A DNA stretch of 64,000 nt from Clostridia bacterium (GTDB taxonomy: Bacteria; Bacillota; Clostridia; JAAYHZ01). Shown in pieces: positions 42,322 through 51,890 of this stretch. The notes beneath the pieces were generated by a model, which had not been told where the DNA came from, ran no database searches, and saw nothing but the letters and a program-made list of their open reading frames with translations. The stretch is taken from positions 128,001-192,000 of the forward strand of contig JBMNIH010000004.1 of NCBI GenBank assembly GCA_050950825.1. The letters are read 5' to 3'. Each line of letters begins with the position of its first letter. The first letter of the stretch is position 1. The position numbers and the translations under genes were made by a program.

Positions 42322-42607
42322 ATATATTGAAAAAGGGAAGGGAGATGTTTGTCCCAAGCAAGCTTCTTTGCTATTACCACTCTCAATGCGAAAAAAGGGG
42401 GATGAAAACGTCTTCGCTGCCCGATTCTTTCAACCTTTCTATGTATATATTGTATATCATCTATTGTATAAAATCATTAGAAATTTTATAAATAGTTTAT
42501 GTTTTCCTTTTACTTTTATGACTTTTGTTTGAAATAAAAAAATGAAGTGATTCTCCTCTTTTTCTTATGCTATACTCTTGTTAATTCCTTGAAAGAGGTG
42601 GATTATC

Positions 42608-45600
42608 ATGAACCCAATTGAACAAAAAACGGCAGTTTCTGCGGATGAAGGGATCGTCTTCGGAAGAAGGATCAACAGAGAAACGTTAATCGAAAAGGAA
42701 AAAGGCGTTCTGATCATCGCTCCCGAATCGCCTTCCGGTCAGGAAAAAGCTTTGGAAATCAAGAAAAAATTCGAATCCATAGGTATTCCTGCAGCTTTGT
42801 CCATGAATCCGGATCACAACGCATTGCTCAATGCGGACCGGCCTGTTGTTTTGTTAGGCAATCTGGCCGACAGCCGATGTGTCAAGTATTTGTACTATAA
42901 GCTCATGTGTACGGTGGATAAAAGCTATCCGGGGAAAGAAGGCTATGTCATTCGAACCATGCCGGATCCCTTTGCAACCGGTTACAACGTGATCCATATC
43001 GGTTATTCCGACGAAGAAGGGCTTTCCTTAGGCGTAAAGGAATTTACGGAAAATATAAAGCTTCCTCTTCCTTTCTTCAACCGGGTATCTTGTAAACACA
43101 ATCCGTATGACCTTCATGTATTAGAGAGAATCAAAAAGACTCCCTTGCCGGAGAAAATCGAACTGACTCCTTCGATTCATACTTCTTTTTGGTATATGAA
43201 GGGCTTTGTATATTACATCACGGGAGACGAAAGCTGTCTGCCCGGTTTTTGGGAAGGATGGCAAAGGATCATCGATATTTCCAAAAAGAATCCCGCCCTC
43301 ATTTCGGGTACCCATTTGTATTTTACCCAGCATGTGGAGATCTGGTGGATGCTGGAAAGCGCAGGCTTGATACCGGACGATTTGCGAGGACCTATTGAAG
43401 AGTGTATTTTCCGATGGGCGGAAAGCCCGGAAGGTATCGGTTATGCCGCTCATCATTTGGGAAGGGATCTGCCATCCCACAACCATACCATGTTCTGCGG
43501 TGTTTCGTTGATGTATATCGCGGATTTCTTCGGAAAATATTATCCTTCTTTGAATCAGCCGAAAGAATGGGCAAAAGCTACTCGCCGAATCTTTGAATCC
43601 TTCGACAACGGAGGATGGAAGCCTTACTGCGACGATTCCTCCTATTCCAACCAAGTGACGCTGCCTTTGGTTTGCGTCTACAGCATCTTCCAAGACGACC
43701 ATACCTTCTTAAACACATCCGGTAAAATCGCGGCCGCATGGATCAAAGCCATGATCGGCCAAAACGGAATCGTCCCGTCCTACGGAGATGGAACGACGAA
43801 AGATCCGTTCCCGACGGTAGTGACTCGTTTGCTTTCTCATTACTATGAAGACGGAGAGCTGCGTTGGCTACATGACCGGATATACAAACCCGGTGAATAT
43901 GCTCCCGACATTAACTCTTGGAGGCTATTTGACTCCGGCGTGAAACCGGTTTATCCGGCCGCACCGATGAAAATCAACGCCTTTCCTTTGGATAGGCGGT
44001 TCTACGATATTTGGGACAAGAACGAGGCGGAAGGGGTGCGCATGTCGGTAATGCGTCCGGACGGTCCCTATGAACAATGCTTTGACAAGCTGTCCATAAG
44101 AACCGGTTGGGATGAAATAGAAGACGACTTTTTGCTCATAGACGGTTTGGGGAGCAACGGTATCCATGCCTACAACGATGCCATGGGGATTTTGGACTAT
44201 ACAAGCAAGGGGATCGTCTGGCTGGTAGAAGAAAATTGCTATCGATTCCCGGAACCTGAACACTTAAGCATGATCACCATTGCACGATCCGGATATGCGG
44301 CGGATATACCGGGATATGCATTGATGGAAGAACAAAAGGAATTGGCGCCGGATCATCTATATGTTCGATTGAGGCTGAAAAACTATAACCGCTGCGATTG
44401 GGTCCGAGAAATCCATTTTATAAAAGGCGTATGCGTTGTTTTCCACGATACGGTAATACCCCATGAAGACGGAGAATACGTAATCCAAGGTCGGTTCCGC
44501 ACCCCTGCAAGGGCCCGGCTTGACGGATACGTCATGAAATCCATAAGAAAGAACCCGAAGGGCGAAGAATACGAATTGCGACTTTCCGGCTGTTCTTCCA
44601 TGGATTATATCGTCGATTTAGAAGAAGTACCTTACGGAGATGTCCTTTTCAAATACGGCGGCATGCACGAAGAAACATCCATGTTCAATCATTTTAATGA
44701 GTCCGTGGAGACCGGCCAAAAGATGTGGCAAAGAAGATACAACGAAAAGGATATCACGGTTACCGCCATGGTCACCCGGGTGTCCGGATACTTGAAAAAA
44801 GGTGAAATCGTATCCTTAACACACAAGGTGCACCCGGCAAGACCGCAAGACGAGGATATCGCGATAGAAGAATGTCCCGAAGGCTTTTTGCTTTCGGCAT
44901 ACGGCAAGCAATATCGATGCCCGACGGCGTATGCCTTTAAAAATGAAGGCGTGCCCGTAACCGAATCAAAGGCCGTCGCTTGCATGGAATCCCCGAACAC
45001 GGTTTATACCTTTGACCGCGACATCACCGGCATTTATCCCGTTGATAAAGACCTTCTTCTGTTAACGCTCCAAGACGGGAGGCTTGTTTTCTTATCCGAT
45101 CGGAAGCCTCTTTGGGAAAAGGAATTAGGAGAAAGCATTCACACCGTAGATATCATCAAAGAAGAGAACATGATTCTTGTGGGATACGGCCCGAACAAGC
45201 TTTTGGCCTTGGATTTTTCGGGCAAAGCGTTATGGGAGGCCAAAACCCGTCGGATCCCCACCTTGTTTGACAGCTGGGAATACGAGTATCCTTGCATCGT
45301 GAAGGTAAGACATTTTAAAGAAAAGGAAAGCACGTACATTGTGGCGGGATGCGGTGATAATCAATTACGTGTATATAACTTAAAAGGAGAACCGATAAGC
45401 GACACTTACGTATATGCAACCGTTCCCGACGTGATTGAATTTTTGGATATCGACAAAGACGGAGAAATTGAAATCTTAGCGGCAGGGTCGAAGACGACGT
45501 CCGCAGGCGCATTCCGTGCCTTTAAAAAGGACGGATCCCTTGTTCGACTTATTTCCGTCGGTATATGGTTGAGCACCATTTGCTCCCATGAAATTGCGGA

Positions 45601-46018
45601 GGACGAGGGTAGAATTCTCTTTGCATGCGGTATGAATTACGCAAAGAACTTCAAAATGATATCCGTGGAGGAAGGAACCCAAAAGCTGCTGTTTGAAAAG
45701 ATCCTGGGAGGAACGGTAACCGCCGCATGCTTTAATGAGGATCGGTCTTTGATCGCGGTAGGAACTTCGAAGGGTTTTGTTTTGGTCTTTGATCGAAACG
45801 GAAACGACATATGGAATCTCGGAGTCAACGATATTGTCGACGCCATTTACTGTAAGGACGGCAATTGGACGGTTATCGGCAAAGGCGGCAGGATTTTGGT
45901 TGTCGGTCCGGACAAGAGCATCAAAAAGAGCTTGATGCTTTCTCAGGGCATATCCGCTTACGCAAAAACGGATGACGGATTCTATTTGGCAAGCAAAAAG
46001 GATTTGGCAAAAATTTAA
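42608..46018 (+). CDS. Large cytoplasmic protein: heparinase II/III-like core plus C-terminal beta-propeller
   Basis: HNHT, SSYS, PSYGD, HAYNDAMGI motifs; PQQ/WD-like repeats (GKALWE, DIDKDG, GNDIWN). Confidence 0.55.
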   Translation: MNPIEQKTAVSADEGIVFGRRINRETLIEKEKGVLIIAPESPSGQEKALEIKKKFESIGIPAALSMNPDHNALLNADRPVVLLGNLADSRCVKYLYYKLMCTVDKSYPGKEGYVIRTMPDPFATGYNVIHIGYSDEEGLSLGVKEFTENIKLPLPFFNRVSCKHNPYDLHVLERIKKTPLPEKIELTPSIHTSFWYMKGFVYYITGDESCLPGFWEGWQRIIDISKKNPALISGTHLYFTQHVEIWWMLESAGLIPDDLRGPIEECIFRWAESPEGIGYAAHHLGRDLPSHNHTMFCGVSLMYIADFFGKYYPSLNQPKEWAKATRRIFESFDNGGWKPYCDDSSYSNQVTLPLVCVYSIFQDDHTFLNTSGKIAAAWIKAMIGQNGIVPSYGDGTTKDPFPTVVTRLLSHYYEDGELRWLHDRIYKPGEYAPDINSWRLFDSGVKPVYPAAPMKINAFPLDRRFYDIWDKNEAEGVRMSVMRPDGPYEQCFDKLSIRTGWDEIEDDFLLIDGLGSNGIHAYNDAMGILDYTSKGIVWLVEENCYRFPEPEHLSMITIARSGYAADIPGYALMEEQKELAPDHLYVRLRLKNYNRCDWVREIHFIKGVCVVFHDTVIPHEDGEYVIQGRFRTPARARLDGYVMKSIRKNPKGEEYELRLSGCSSMDYIVDLEEVPYGDVLFKYGGMHEETSMFNHFNESVETGQKMWQRRYNEKDITVTAMVTRVSGYLKKGEIVSLTHKVHPARPQDEDIAIEECPEGFLLSAYGKQYRCPTAYAFKNEGVPVTESKAVACMESPNTVYTFDRDITGIYPVDKDLLLLTLQDGRLVFLSDRKPLWEKELGESIHTVDIIKEENMILVGYGPNKLLALDFSGKALWEAKTRRIPTLFDSWEYEYPCIVKVRHFKEKESTYIVAGCGDNQLRVYNLKGEPISDTYVYATVPDVIEFLDIDKDGEIEILAAGSKTTSAGAFRAFKKDGSLVRLISVGIWLSTICSHEIAEDEGRILFACGMNYAKNFKMISVEEGTQKLLFEKILGGTVTAACFNEDRSLIAVGTSKGFVLVFDRNGNDIWNLGVNDIVDAIYCKDGNWTVIGKGGRILVVGPDKSIKKSLMLSQGISAYAKTDDGFYLASKKDLAKI

Positions 46019-46051
46019 GGTTCGGATTATCGATTTGAAAAATAAACGATA

Positions 46052-46108
46052 GGGAAGCGGCGATAGGAGGAGTAAACAAACAATCTTTTCACATATCGCC
46101 GTTTCTTT
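46052..46108 (+). terminator. Probable terminator
   Basis: GAAGCGGCGATA...TATCGCCGTTTC stem followed by TTT. Confidence 0.6.
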
Positions 46109-46248
46109 GTCTGACATGGTAATTTCCTGTTTGACAGGGGAATAACGAAGGTGATAAAATTATTCTGATGACTAAGACACGGTCTTGTTTTACTATGTCG
46201 TTTTTCGGATCATTATAGCAGGGAATAAGGTCTTTTTTTGGAGTCAAT

Positions 46249-47487
46249 ATGTACAATCGAGATAGGTTTAATTTAGGAAATGAAATTCGGAATATAATTC
46301 GCAATGCCGTTGATACCCGGGATTTTAGAGGGCTGAATCATGATATCCGTAACATGGTAAACCGTGCACTGAACGAAGCGGGAATCACCGTTAAGCGCGA
46401 TTCTTTCAAGGACATTCCTCCCGATCCTCAAGGAATGAAGGACCAAAGAAAGGAAGAGTATCGTGCCGCCTACGAGCAGCCGAAAAAACAGGAAGAGCTT
46501 CAAAAAAAGGAAAACATAAAGCCTGCGAAGGTTGCCGTACCGGTAGGACAGGTTTCCGGTATGCTGCAATTGGTGCTGGGTATCATCGGGACCGTTTTAT
46601 TCGGTTTTGTCGGCTTTCTTTTTGCTTTGGCCGGACTCTTGATTGCCAACAGCGCCTTTTTATACATCTTTTTATTCGGACTGCTTCCCTGTACCGCAGG
46701 CTCTTTGGTCGTTGCCTTCAACGGCAGCAGCATCCGGCAGAGGTTAAAAAGATTTCAGGTATATATGAAAAAAATGGACGGCAGAAGCTACATCCTTATT
46801 AAAGATCTCTCCGTTGCGACCGGAAAAAGCGAAAAATTCATCGTTAAGGATTTGCAGAAGATGATTGCGAAGGGCATGTTTCCGGAAGGACATATCGATG
46901 ATAAGAAGACATGCTTTATGTTGAACAATGAGGTTTTTCGACAGTACCTTCTCTTAAAAGAAAGCATGAAAATGAAAGAAATTGAAGAGAATGAAAAAAG
47001 GAGCAAGGAAAGCATTCAACACGAATCCATGGATCCTGCCGTTCGAAAAGCCATCGAAGAAGGAAGAAGCTACGTGAAGAGGATTCGAGAAGCCAATTAT
47101 GCCATACAGAATGTAGAAATATCGCGAAAGCTGGATAAACTGGAGGAGGTAACCGAGAAAATATTCGACTATGTGGAAACACGTCCTCATAAGCTTCCTG
47201 AAATAAGGAAGTTTGTCGGATATTTTCTGCCTACCACGTTAAAGCTTTTGGATGCGTATCGGGAGCTGGACAGCCAGTCCGTTCAGGGAAAAAACATTTC
47301 TTCGGCGAAGGCGGAGATCGAACAGTCATTGGATACGATTAATACGGCCTTTGACAATCTGTTAGACGGACTGTTCGAAGAGATTGCCATGGACATATCC
47401 ACGGATATTTCGGTTTTGGAAACCATGTTTGCACAAGAAGGGCTGACAAGGAATAAGAAGAGCCCAAAAAACGAGAATGAGGGATGA
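46249..47487 (+). CDS. XpaC-family (5-bromo-4-chloroindolyl phosphate hydrolysis) protein
   Basis: Two TM helices; FVGYFLPTTLKLLDAY, MDISTDISVLETMFAQEGL; adjacent to telA. Confidence 0.85.
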   Translation: MYNRDRFNLGNEIRNIIRNAVDTRDFRGLNHDIRNMVNRALNEAGITVKRDSFKDIPPDPQGMKDQRKEEYRAAYEQPKKQEELQKKENIKPAKVAVPVGQVSGMLQLVLGIIGTVLFGFVGFLFALAGLLIANSAFLYIFLFGLLPCTAGSLVVAFNGSSIRQRLKRFQVYMKKMDGRSYILIKDLSVATGKSEKFIVKDLQKMIAKGMFPEGHIDDKKTCFMLNNEVFRQYLLLKESMKMKEIEENEKRSKESIQHESMDPAVRKAIEEGRSYVKRIREANYAIQNVEISRKLDKLEEVTEKIFDYVETRPHKLPEIRKFVGYFLPTTLKLLDAYRELDSQSVQGKNISSAKAEIEQSLDTINTAFDNLLDGLFEEIAMDISTDISVLETMFAQEGLTRNKKSPKNENEG

Positions 47488-47491
47488 TGAA

Positions 47492-48634
47492 ATGAGTGAC
47501 AAAATACCTACATTGACATTGGAACCCTTCGAGGAAGATCCGAAGGACGAGAAAAAATCGGAGGAGCCGGCCATTATCGAAGAGGGAAAGGTGGAAAGCG
47601 TTGCACGGGAGCTGCTCAATCTGACACCGGAAGAGAAAAAAATGGTGGAGGATTTTGCGGAAAAAATCGATCTGACAAAGCACGCCCAAGTGTTACAGTA
47701 CGGCGCCGGTGCACAGAAAAAGATTGCCGACTTTTCGGAATCGGCATTGAATAATGTAAAGACAAAAGACCTCGGTGAAATCGGCGATATGCTTTCCGGT
47801 GTGGTTTCGGAGCTTAAGACCTTCGGCGAGGAAGAAGAAAAAGGATTACGGGGATTGTTCAAAAGATCCTCCAATAAGATATCCGCCATGAAAGCAAAAT
47901 ACAACAAGGCGGAGGCGAATATCGACAAGATTGTGGAGGTTCTGGAAGGCCATCAGATACAACTCCTGAAAGACATAGCCATGCTGGACAAGATGTATGA
48001 TTTGAACGTATCCTATTACAAAGAACTAACCATGTATATTTTGGCGGGTAAAAAGAAGCTGGCCAAGGCAAGGGAGGAGGAACTGCCCAAGCTGAGGGAA
48101 AAGGCGGAAAAAAGCAATTTGCCCGAGGATATCCGGGAAGTGAACGACTTTGTAGCGGCTGTCAATCGTTTTGAAAAGAAGATTCACGATTTGGAGCTGA
48201 CGAGAATGGTATCCATTCAAATGGCACCGCAAATCCGTTTGATACAGGAAAACAACGCATTAATGGTCGAAAAAATACAGTCGACCGTGGTAAACACCAT
48301 TCCCTTATGGAAGAGCCAAATGGTAATCGCTTTAGGAGTCTATCATTCCGGTCAAGCGGCAAAGGCCCACAGAGAGGTTACGGATATGACCAACCAATTG
48401 CTGAAGAAGAACGCGGAAACCTTAAAGATGGCTACCATCGAAACGGCAAAGGAATCCGAACGAGGAATTATCGACATCGAGACTTTGAGGACCACCAACG
48501 AAACCCTCATAACCACGTTGAACGAAGTATTACAGATACAAGAGGAGGGCCGCCGCAAGAGAAAAGAAGCGGAAGCGGAATTGTATCGGATCGAAGAAGA
48601 GCTAAAAGCAAAGCTTTTGGAATTAAAAGGATAA
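47492..48634 (+). CDS. telA: Toxic anion resistance protein TelA/YaaN
   Basis: LQYGAGAQ, RFEKKIHDLELTR..SIQMAPQIRLIQ, TIPLWKSQ, TNQLLKKNAE. Confidence 0.92.
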   Translation: MSDKIPTLTLEPFEEDPKDEKKSEEPAIIEEGKVESVARELLNLTPEEKKMVEDFAEKIDLTKHAQVLQYGAGAQKKIADFSESALNNVKTKDLGEIGDMLSGVVSELKTFGEEEEKGLRGLFKRSSNKISAMKAKYNKAEANIDKIVEVLEGHQIQLLKDIAMLDKMYDLNVSYYKELTMYILAGKKKLAKAREEELPKLREKAEKSNLPEDIREVNDFVAAVNRFEKKIHDLELTRMVSIQMAPQIRLIQENNALMVEKIQSTVVNTIPLWKSQMVIALGVYHSGQAAKAHREVTDMTNQLLKKNAETLKMATIETAKESERGIIDIETLRTTNETLITTLNEVLQIQEEGRRKRKEAEAELYRIEEELKAKLLELKG

Positions 48635-48641
48635 TTAAAGA

Positions 48642-48681
48642 GGACGGGGCAATACGGGAGACCGATAAGCCCCGTTTTTTT
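48642..48681 (+). terminator. Rho-independent terminator
   Basis: GGACGGGGC...GCCCCGTTTTTTT. Confidence 0.75.
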
Positions 48682-48718
48682 ATACTTTTTTTCTAACATT
48701 ATTTTACAAAAGGATAAG

Positions 48719-48747
48719 TTGACTTATTGTGGAAATATGTATAAAAT
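48719..48747 (+). promoter_or_regulatory. Sigma-A promoter
   Basis: TTGACT-N17-TAAAAT, about 145 nt upstream of the SBP start. Confidence 0.6.
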
Positions 48748-48893
48748 TAATTATATGCTACTAAAGCGTGCATAAAAATCTGCAGGTTACTCGATTTTCA
48801 TAGAAAGATAAAAGCCGGACGAATCCGTTTTCATAGATGGGTTTGGTCAAAATCCATTATTTATAATACATGAAAAAGAATAAGGAGGGTTCT

Positions 48894-50765
48894 ATGAAAA
48901 AGCTCTTGAGTATGGTACTGGTTATGACACTGCTTGTTGCTTTTTCGGCATGTGCTTCACAAGAAGAACCTGCCGACACGACCGAAACAACAACCGTAAA
49001 AGCCGTAACAACTGCAGGTACGACAACGACAAAAGCAACAACAACCACGACTGTGGCTACTACGACCACCGTAGTAGAAGAAAATCCCTTTGAAGAATTC
49101 TTTGAAATTTCATGGCTGACCCAGTATGGAGACAGGCATGTGGACGGCAGATGGGATGAAGCGGAATTGGAAGAGATCTTCAATGTGGATATCCAAGTTT
49201 GGCATTACGACTCCCTGAAAAGCGATCAAATGGCTGCATTGGTTGCCGCAGGAGAGATACCGGACTTCTTCTTTATGCCCGGAGCGCCTCGACAGCCTCA
49301 TGAAATGTACCAAGAAAAGCTAATCCGATCGGTTCCTCTCGATTTTATTAAAAAGTATCTGCCCGGTCAATACCGATTGATGGAAGCCATGCCTATCGGT
49401 TTCCAATATAATTTGATTCCGGGCAAAACCGACGAATATTTAGGCCTAACACACATCGGTATGTCCTCGGCGCAATACTTTTATGAAGCGACTTGCGTTA
49501 ACTTGGATTGGTTGGAAAGCATCGGATACGGACCCGACTTGTCTCGATTTAAGCCGGTAAAACAGTCAACGGAGGGCTTCGAATATTTGGACAACCAAGT
49601 ATACGTAGGCGAATACGATTATACCTTCGAAGACTTGAATGCAATCTTAAGAGCATTTACGGAAGACGACCCTGACGGAAACGGCGAAGACGATACCGTC
49701 GGTATGCTGTATCTGCCTGAAAGCGCATGGACTAGCTTGTTTCCGGAAGGACTTTTCGGCTTTGTTTACAATTTGGATTATTTATATCAAGATCCGGTCT
49801 CCGGGGATATCGTACCGAAATATGCTTATACGCCCTACCGAGACTATTTGGCATGGGTTTCCGAAATGTTAACCAAAGGCTATATGGGTAGACTTCCCGG
49901 AAAAGAATCCTGGAGCTTGGAATACTATGCGGTGACGACGATGAATAAAGTCGGCATTATGCAAGTACACCGCAGTGCCTATATGCTGCCCTCGAATGCG
50001 ACATACGCCGTGCAGCCGCCTATCAATGTCCTGCTCGAAACCGATGAAAATGCAAGATTTCTCGTGGGTATCCTATTCCAAGGGCCCAACGGACCGACAG
50101 TCGGTTATCCCTACGCAATCGATGCATACGGTGTAGGAAAGAGCCGAGTCGACATGTTCGGGATCCAAGTATCCGACGAGAAGATGGCAAGAATACTCCA
50201 AATTCTGGAATATACTACATACAGCAGCGAAGATAACTACTTGAAATTTAAGAGCGGCTTGGAAGGCGTGCATTGGAAATGGGCGGGCGAACCGTATATG
50301 AGTACTCGAATCACCATTCCGGAAGCCGATTTGCCGCCGGAATTTCGAGGATGGCCTTCTACCTTCAGCTTGTGGGTATCCTTCTCCGAAGCGGACCAAA
50401 CGGTGGAAATCGCCGAAAAAACCGGTTATTGGGACTTCCCCGCATATGCCTATGCATACAATCTTTATGAAAAATACGCTTGTATACCGAAGAAATATAT
50501 CAGCGCGGTGTACATGGGTCAAGAAATGTACGATGCGTATATGGAACGATATAACGAGCTGATTCCTTCCATAAATTCGGTCGTAAATGATTTTAAGAAT
50601 CGAGCTCTGCAAGGTCAAATTTCCAATTTCAATTCCGAATGGGTGCAATACATTGATCAGCTCTACGCAGCGGGACTCGGGGAATTGGTAAACGACTTCT
50701 ACAACAATCCCGATTACAAGAACTACGATCCGGGAGACAAATACAAGATTCGAGGAAGAATTTAA
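48894..50765 (+). CDS. Extracellular solute-binding lipoprotein (LplA-like)
   Basis: Lipobox FSAC, Thr-rich linker, AAGEIPD, LDWLE, AFTEDDPDGNG, GLEGVHW. Confidence 0.8.
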   Translation: MKKLLSMVLVMTLLVAFSACASQEEPADTTETTTVKAVTTAGTTTTKATTTTTVATTTTVVEENPFEEFFEISWLTQYGDRHVDGRWDEAELEEIFNVDIQVWHYDSLKSDQMAALVAAGEIPDFFFMPGAPRQPHEMYQEKLIRSVPLDFIKKYLPGQYRLMEAMPIGFQYNLIPGKTDEYLGLTHIGMSSAQYFYEATCVNLDWLESIGYGPDLSRFKPVKQSTEGFEYLDNQVYVGEYDYTFEDLNAILRAFTEDDPDGNGEDDTVGMLYLPESAWTSLFPEGLFGFVYNLDYLYQDPVSGDIVPKYAYTPYRDYLAWVSEMLTKGYMGRLPGKESWSLEYYAVTTMNKVGIMQVHRSAYMLPSNATYAVQPPINVLLETDENARFLVGILFQGPNGPTVGYPYAIDAYGVGKSRVDMFGIQVSDEKMARILQILEYTTYSSEDNYLKFKSGLEGVHWKWAGEPYMSTRITIPEADLPPEFRGWPSTFSLWVSFSEADQTVEIAEKTGYWDFPAYAYAYNLYEKYACIPKKYISAVYMGQEMYDAYMERYNELIPSINSVVNDFKNRALQGQISNFNSEWVQYIDQLYAAGLGELVNDFYNNPDYKNYDPGDKYKIRGRI

Positions 50766-50791
50766 AAGATAAATGAAAGAGTATAATCAAA

Positions 50792-50838
50792 AGCGGAGCC
50801 GTTTTACGAAAAATCGCGAGGAGCTCCGCTCTTTCTTT
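50792..50838. terminator. Bidirectional terminator
   Basis: AGCGGAGC...GCTCCGCT stem with flanking A/T tracts. Confidence 0.65.
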
Positions 50839-50864
50839 TAAGCCTTAAAATTGATTTTGTAATG

Positions 50865-51704
50865 CTATTCGATATCCTTGTATGCACTTCGGATCATGCG
50901 AATCTCTTCGGCATAGCCCTCCACATCGTTAGGTGTTTCCAAATAGAAGGGTAAATCTTTGAGCAAGGGATGATTGATAACCTTTGTAATGACTTCCATC
51001 CCGAGGGTGCCTTCTCCGATTTTTTCGTGCCGGTCCTTGGCGCTGCTAAAGGGGTTTTTACTGTCATTCAGATGGATGGCATAAAGTCGGTTCAGTCCGA
51101 TAACCCGGTCAAATTCCTCCAAGACGCCGTCCAAATCGTTTACAATATCGTATCCGGCATCATACACATGGCAAGTATCCAAGCAAACCCCCAGCTTTTG
51201 ATGAAGCTCGGTTCGGTCTATGATGGCTTTCAGCTCTTCGAAGGTTTTACCGATTTCGCTGCCTTTTCCGGACATGGTTTCAAGGAGTACGACGGTGGTT
51301 TGCTCCGGTTTTAATATTTTGTTCAGCAGGGCGGCGGTAAGCTCGATACCGGCTTCCGCGCCCTGTCCCGTATGGCTTCCGGGATGAAAATTGTAGTAAT
51401 TTCCGGGTGTGTACTCCATCCGCATCAGGTCATCCTCCATGACCATATATGCAAATTCTCGAACCTTTTCATCCGCCGAGCAAGGATTGAGGGTATAGGG
51501 AGCATGGGCCAAAATTTTATATAGATTCTCCTTTTCCGCAATTTCCAAAAAGGCGGAAATGTCCCAAGGATCGATTTCTTTCGCTTTTCCGCCTCTCGGA
51601 TTTCTCGTAAAAAATTGAAACGTGTTCGCTCCGATGGAAAGCGCTTCCTTGGCCATGTGGGTATATCCTTTTGCAGCCGACAAATGACAACCGATATGCA
51701 GCAT
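50865..51704 (-). CDS. nfo: Endonuclease IV
   Basis: [50 protein letters not shown]; GGAGG RBS before ATG 51704. Confidence 0.96.
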   Translation of the reverse strand: MLHIGCHLSAAKGYTHMAKEALSIGANTFQFFTRNPRGGKAKEIDPWDISAFLEIAEKENLYKILAHAPYTLNPCSADEKVREFAYMVMEDDLMRMEYTPGNYYNFHPGSHTGQGAEAGIELTAALLNKILKPEQTTVVLLETMSGKGSEIGKTFEELKAIIDRTELHQKLGVCLDTCHVYDAGYDIVNDLDGVLEEFDRVIGLNRLYAIHLNDSKNPFSSAKDRHEKIGEGTLGMEVITKVINHPLLKDLPFYLETPNDVEGYAEEIRMIRSAYKDIE

Positions 51705-51890
51705 GGTTACATCCTCCGAAAGTGAATTTCTTACCTTTATGACCGTACAAACGTTCATTAATGCTATATTATATACTTCCTTTTGCGGAAAAACAACGAC
51801 TTTACTTTCATTTTACCAAAAGTTAGTGGTAAAATAGAAGGAAAGGTGGAATCGGTGCGTATAGCCGGGAATACTTTTGGAGGTAAGCAA

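Noticed and set aside
48975-49075. ACN-rich repetitive DNA (also 52020-52075)
   Set aside because: Encodes Thr-rich lipoprotein linkers; not a CRISPR array or tandem repeat element.
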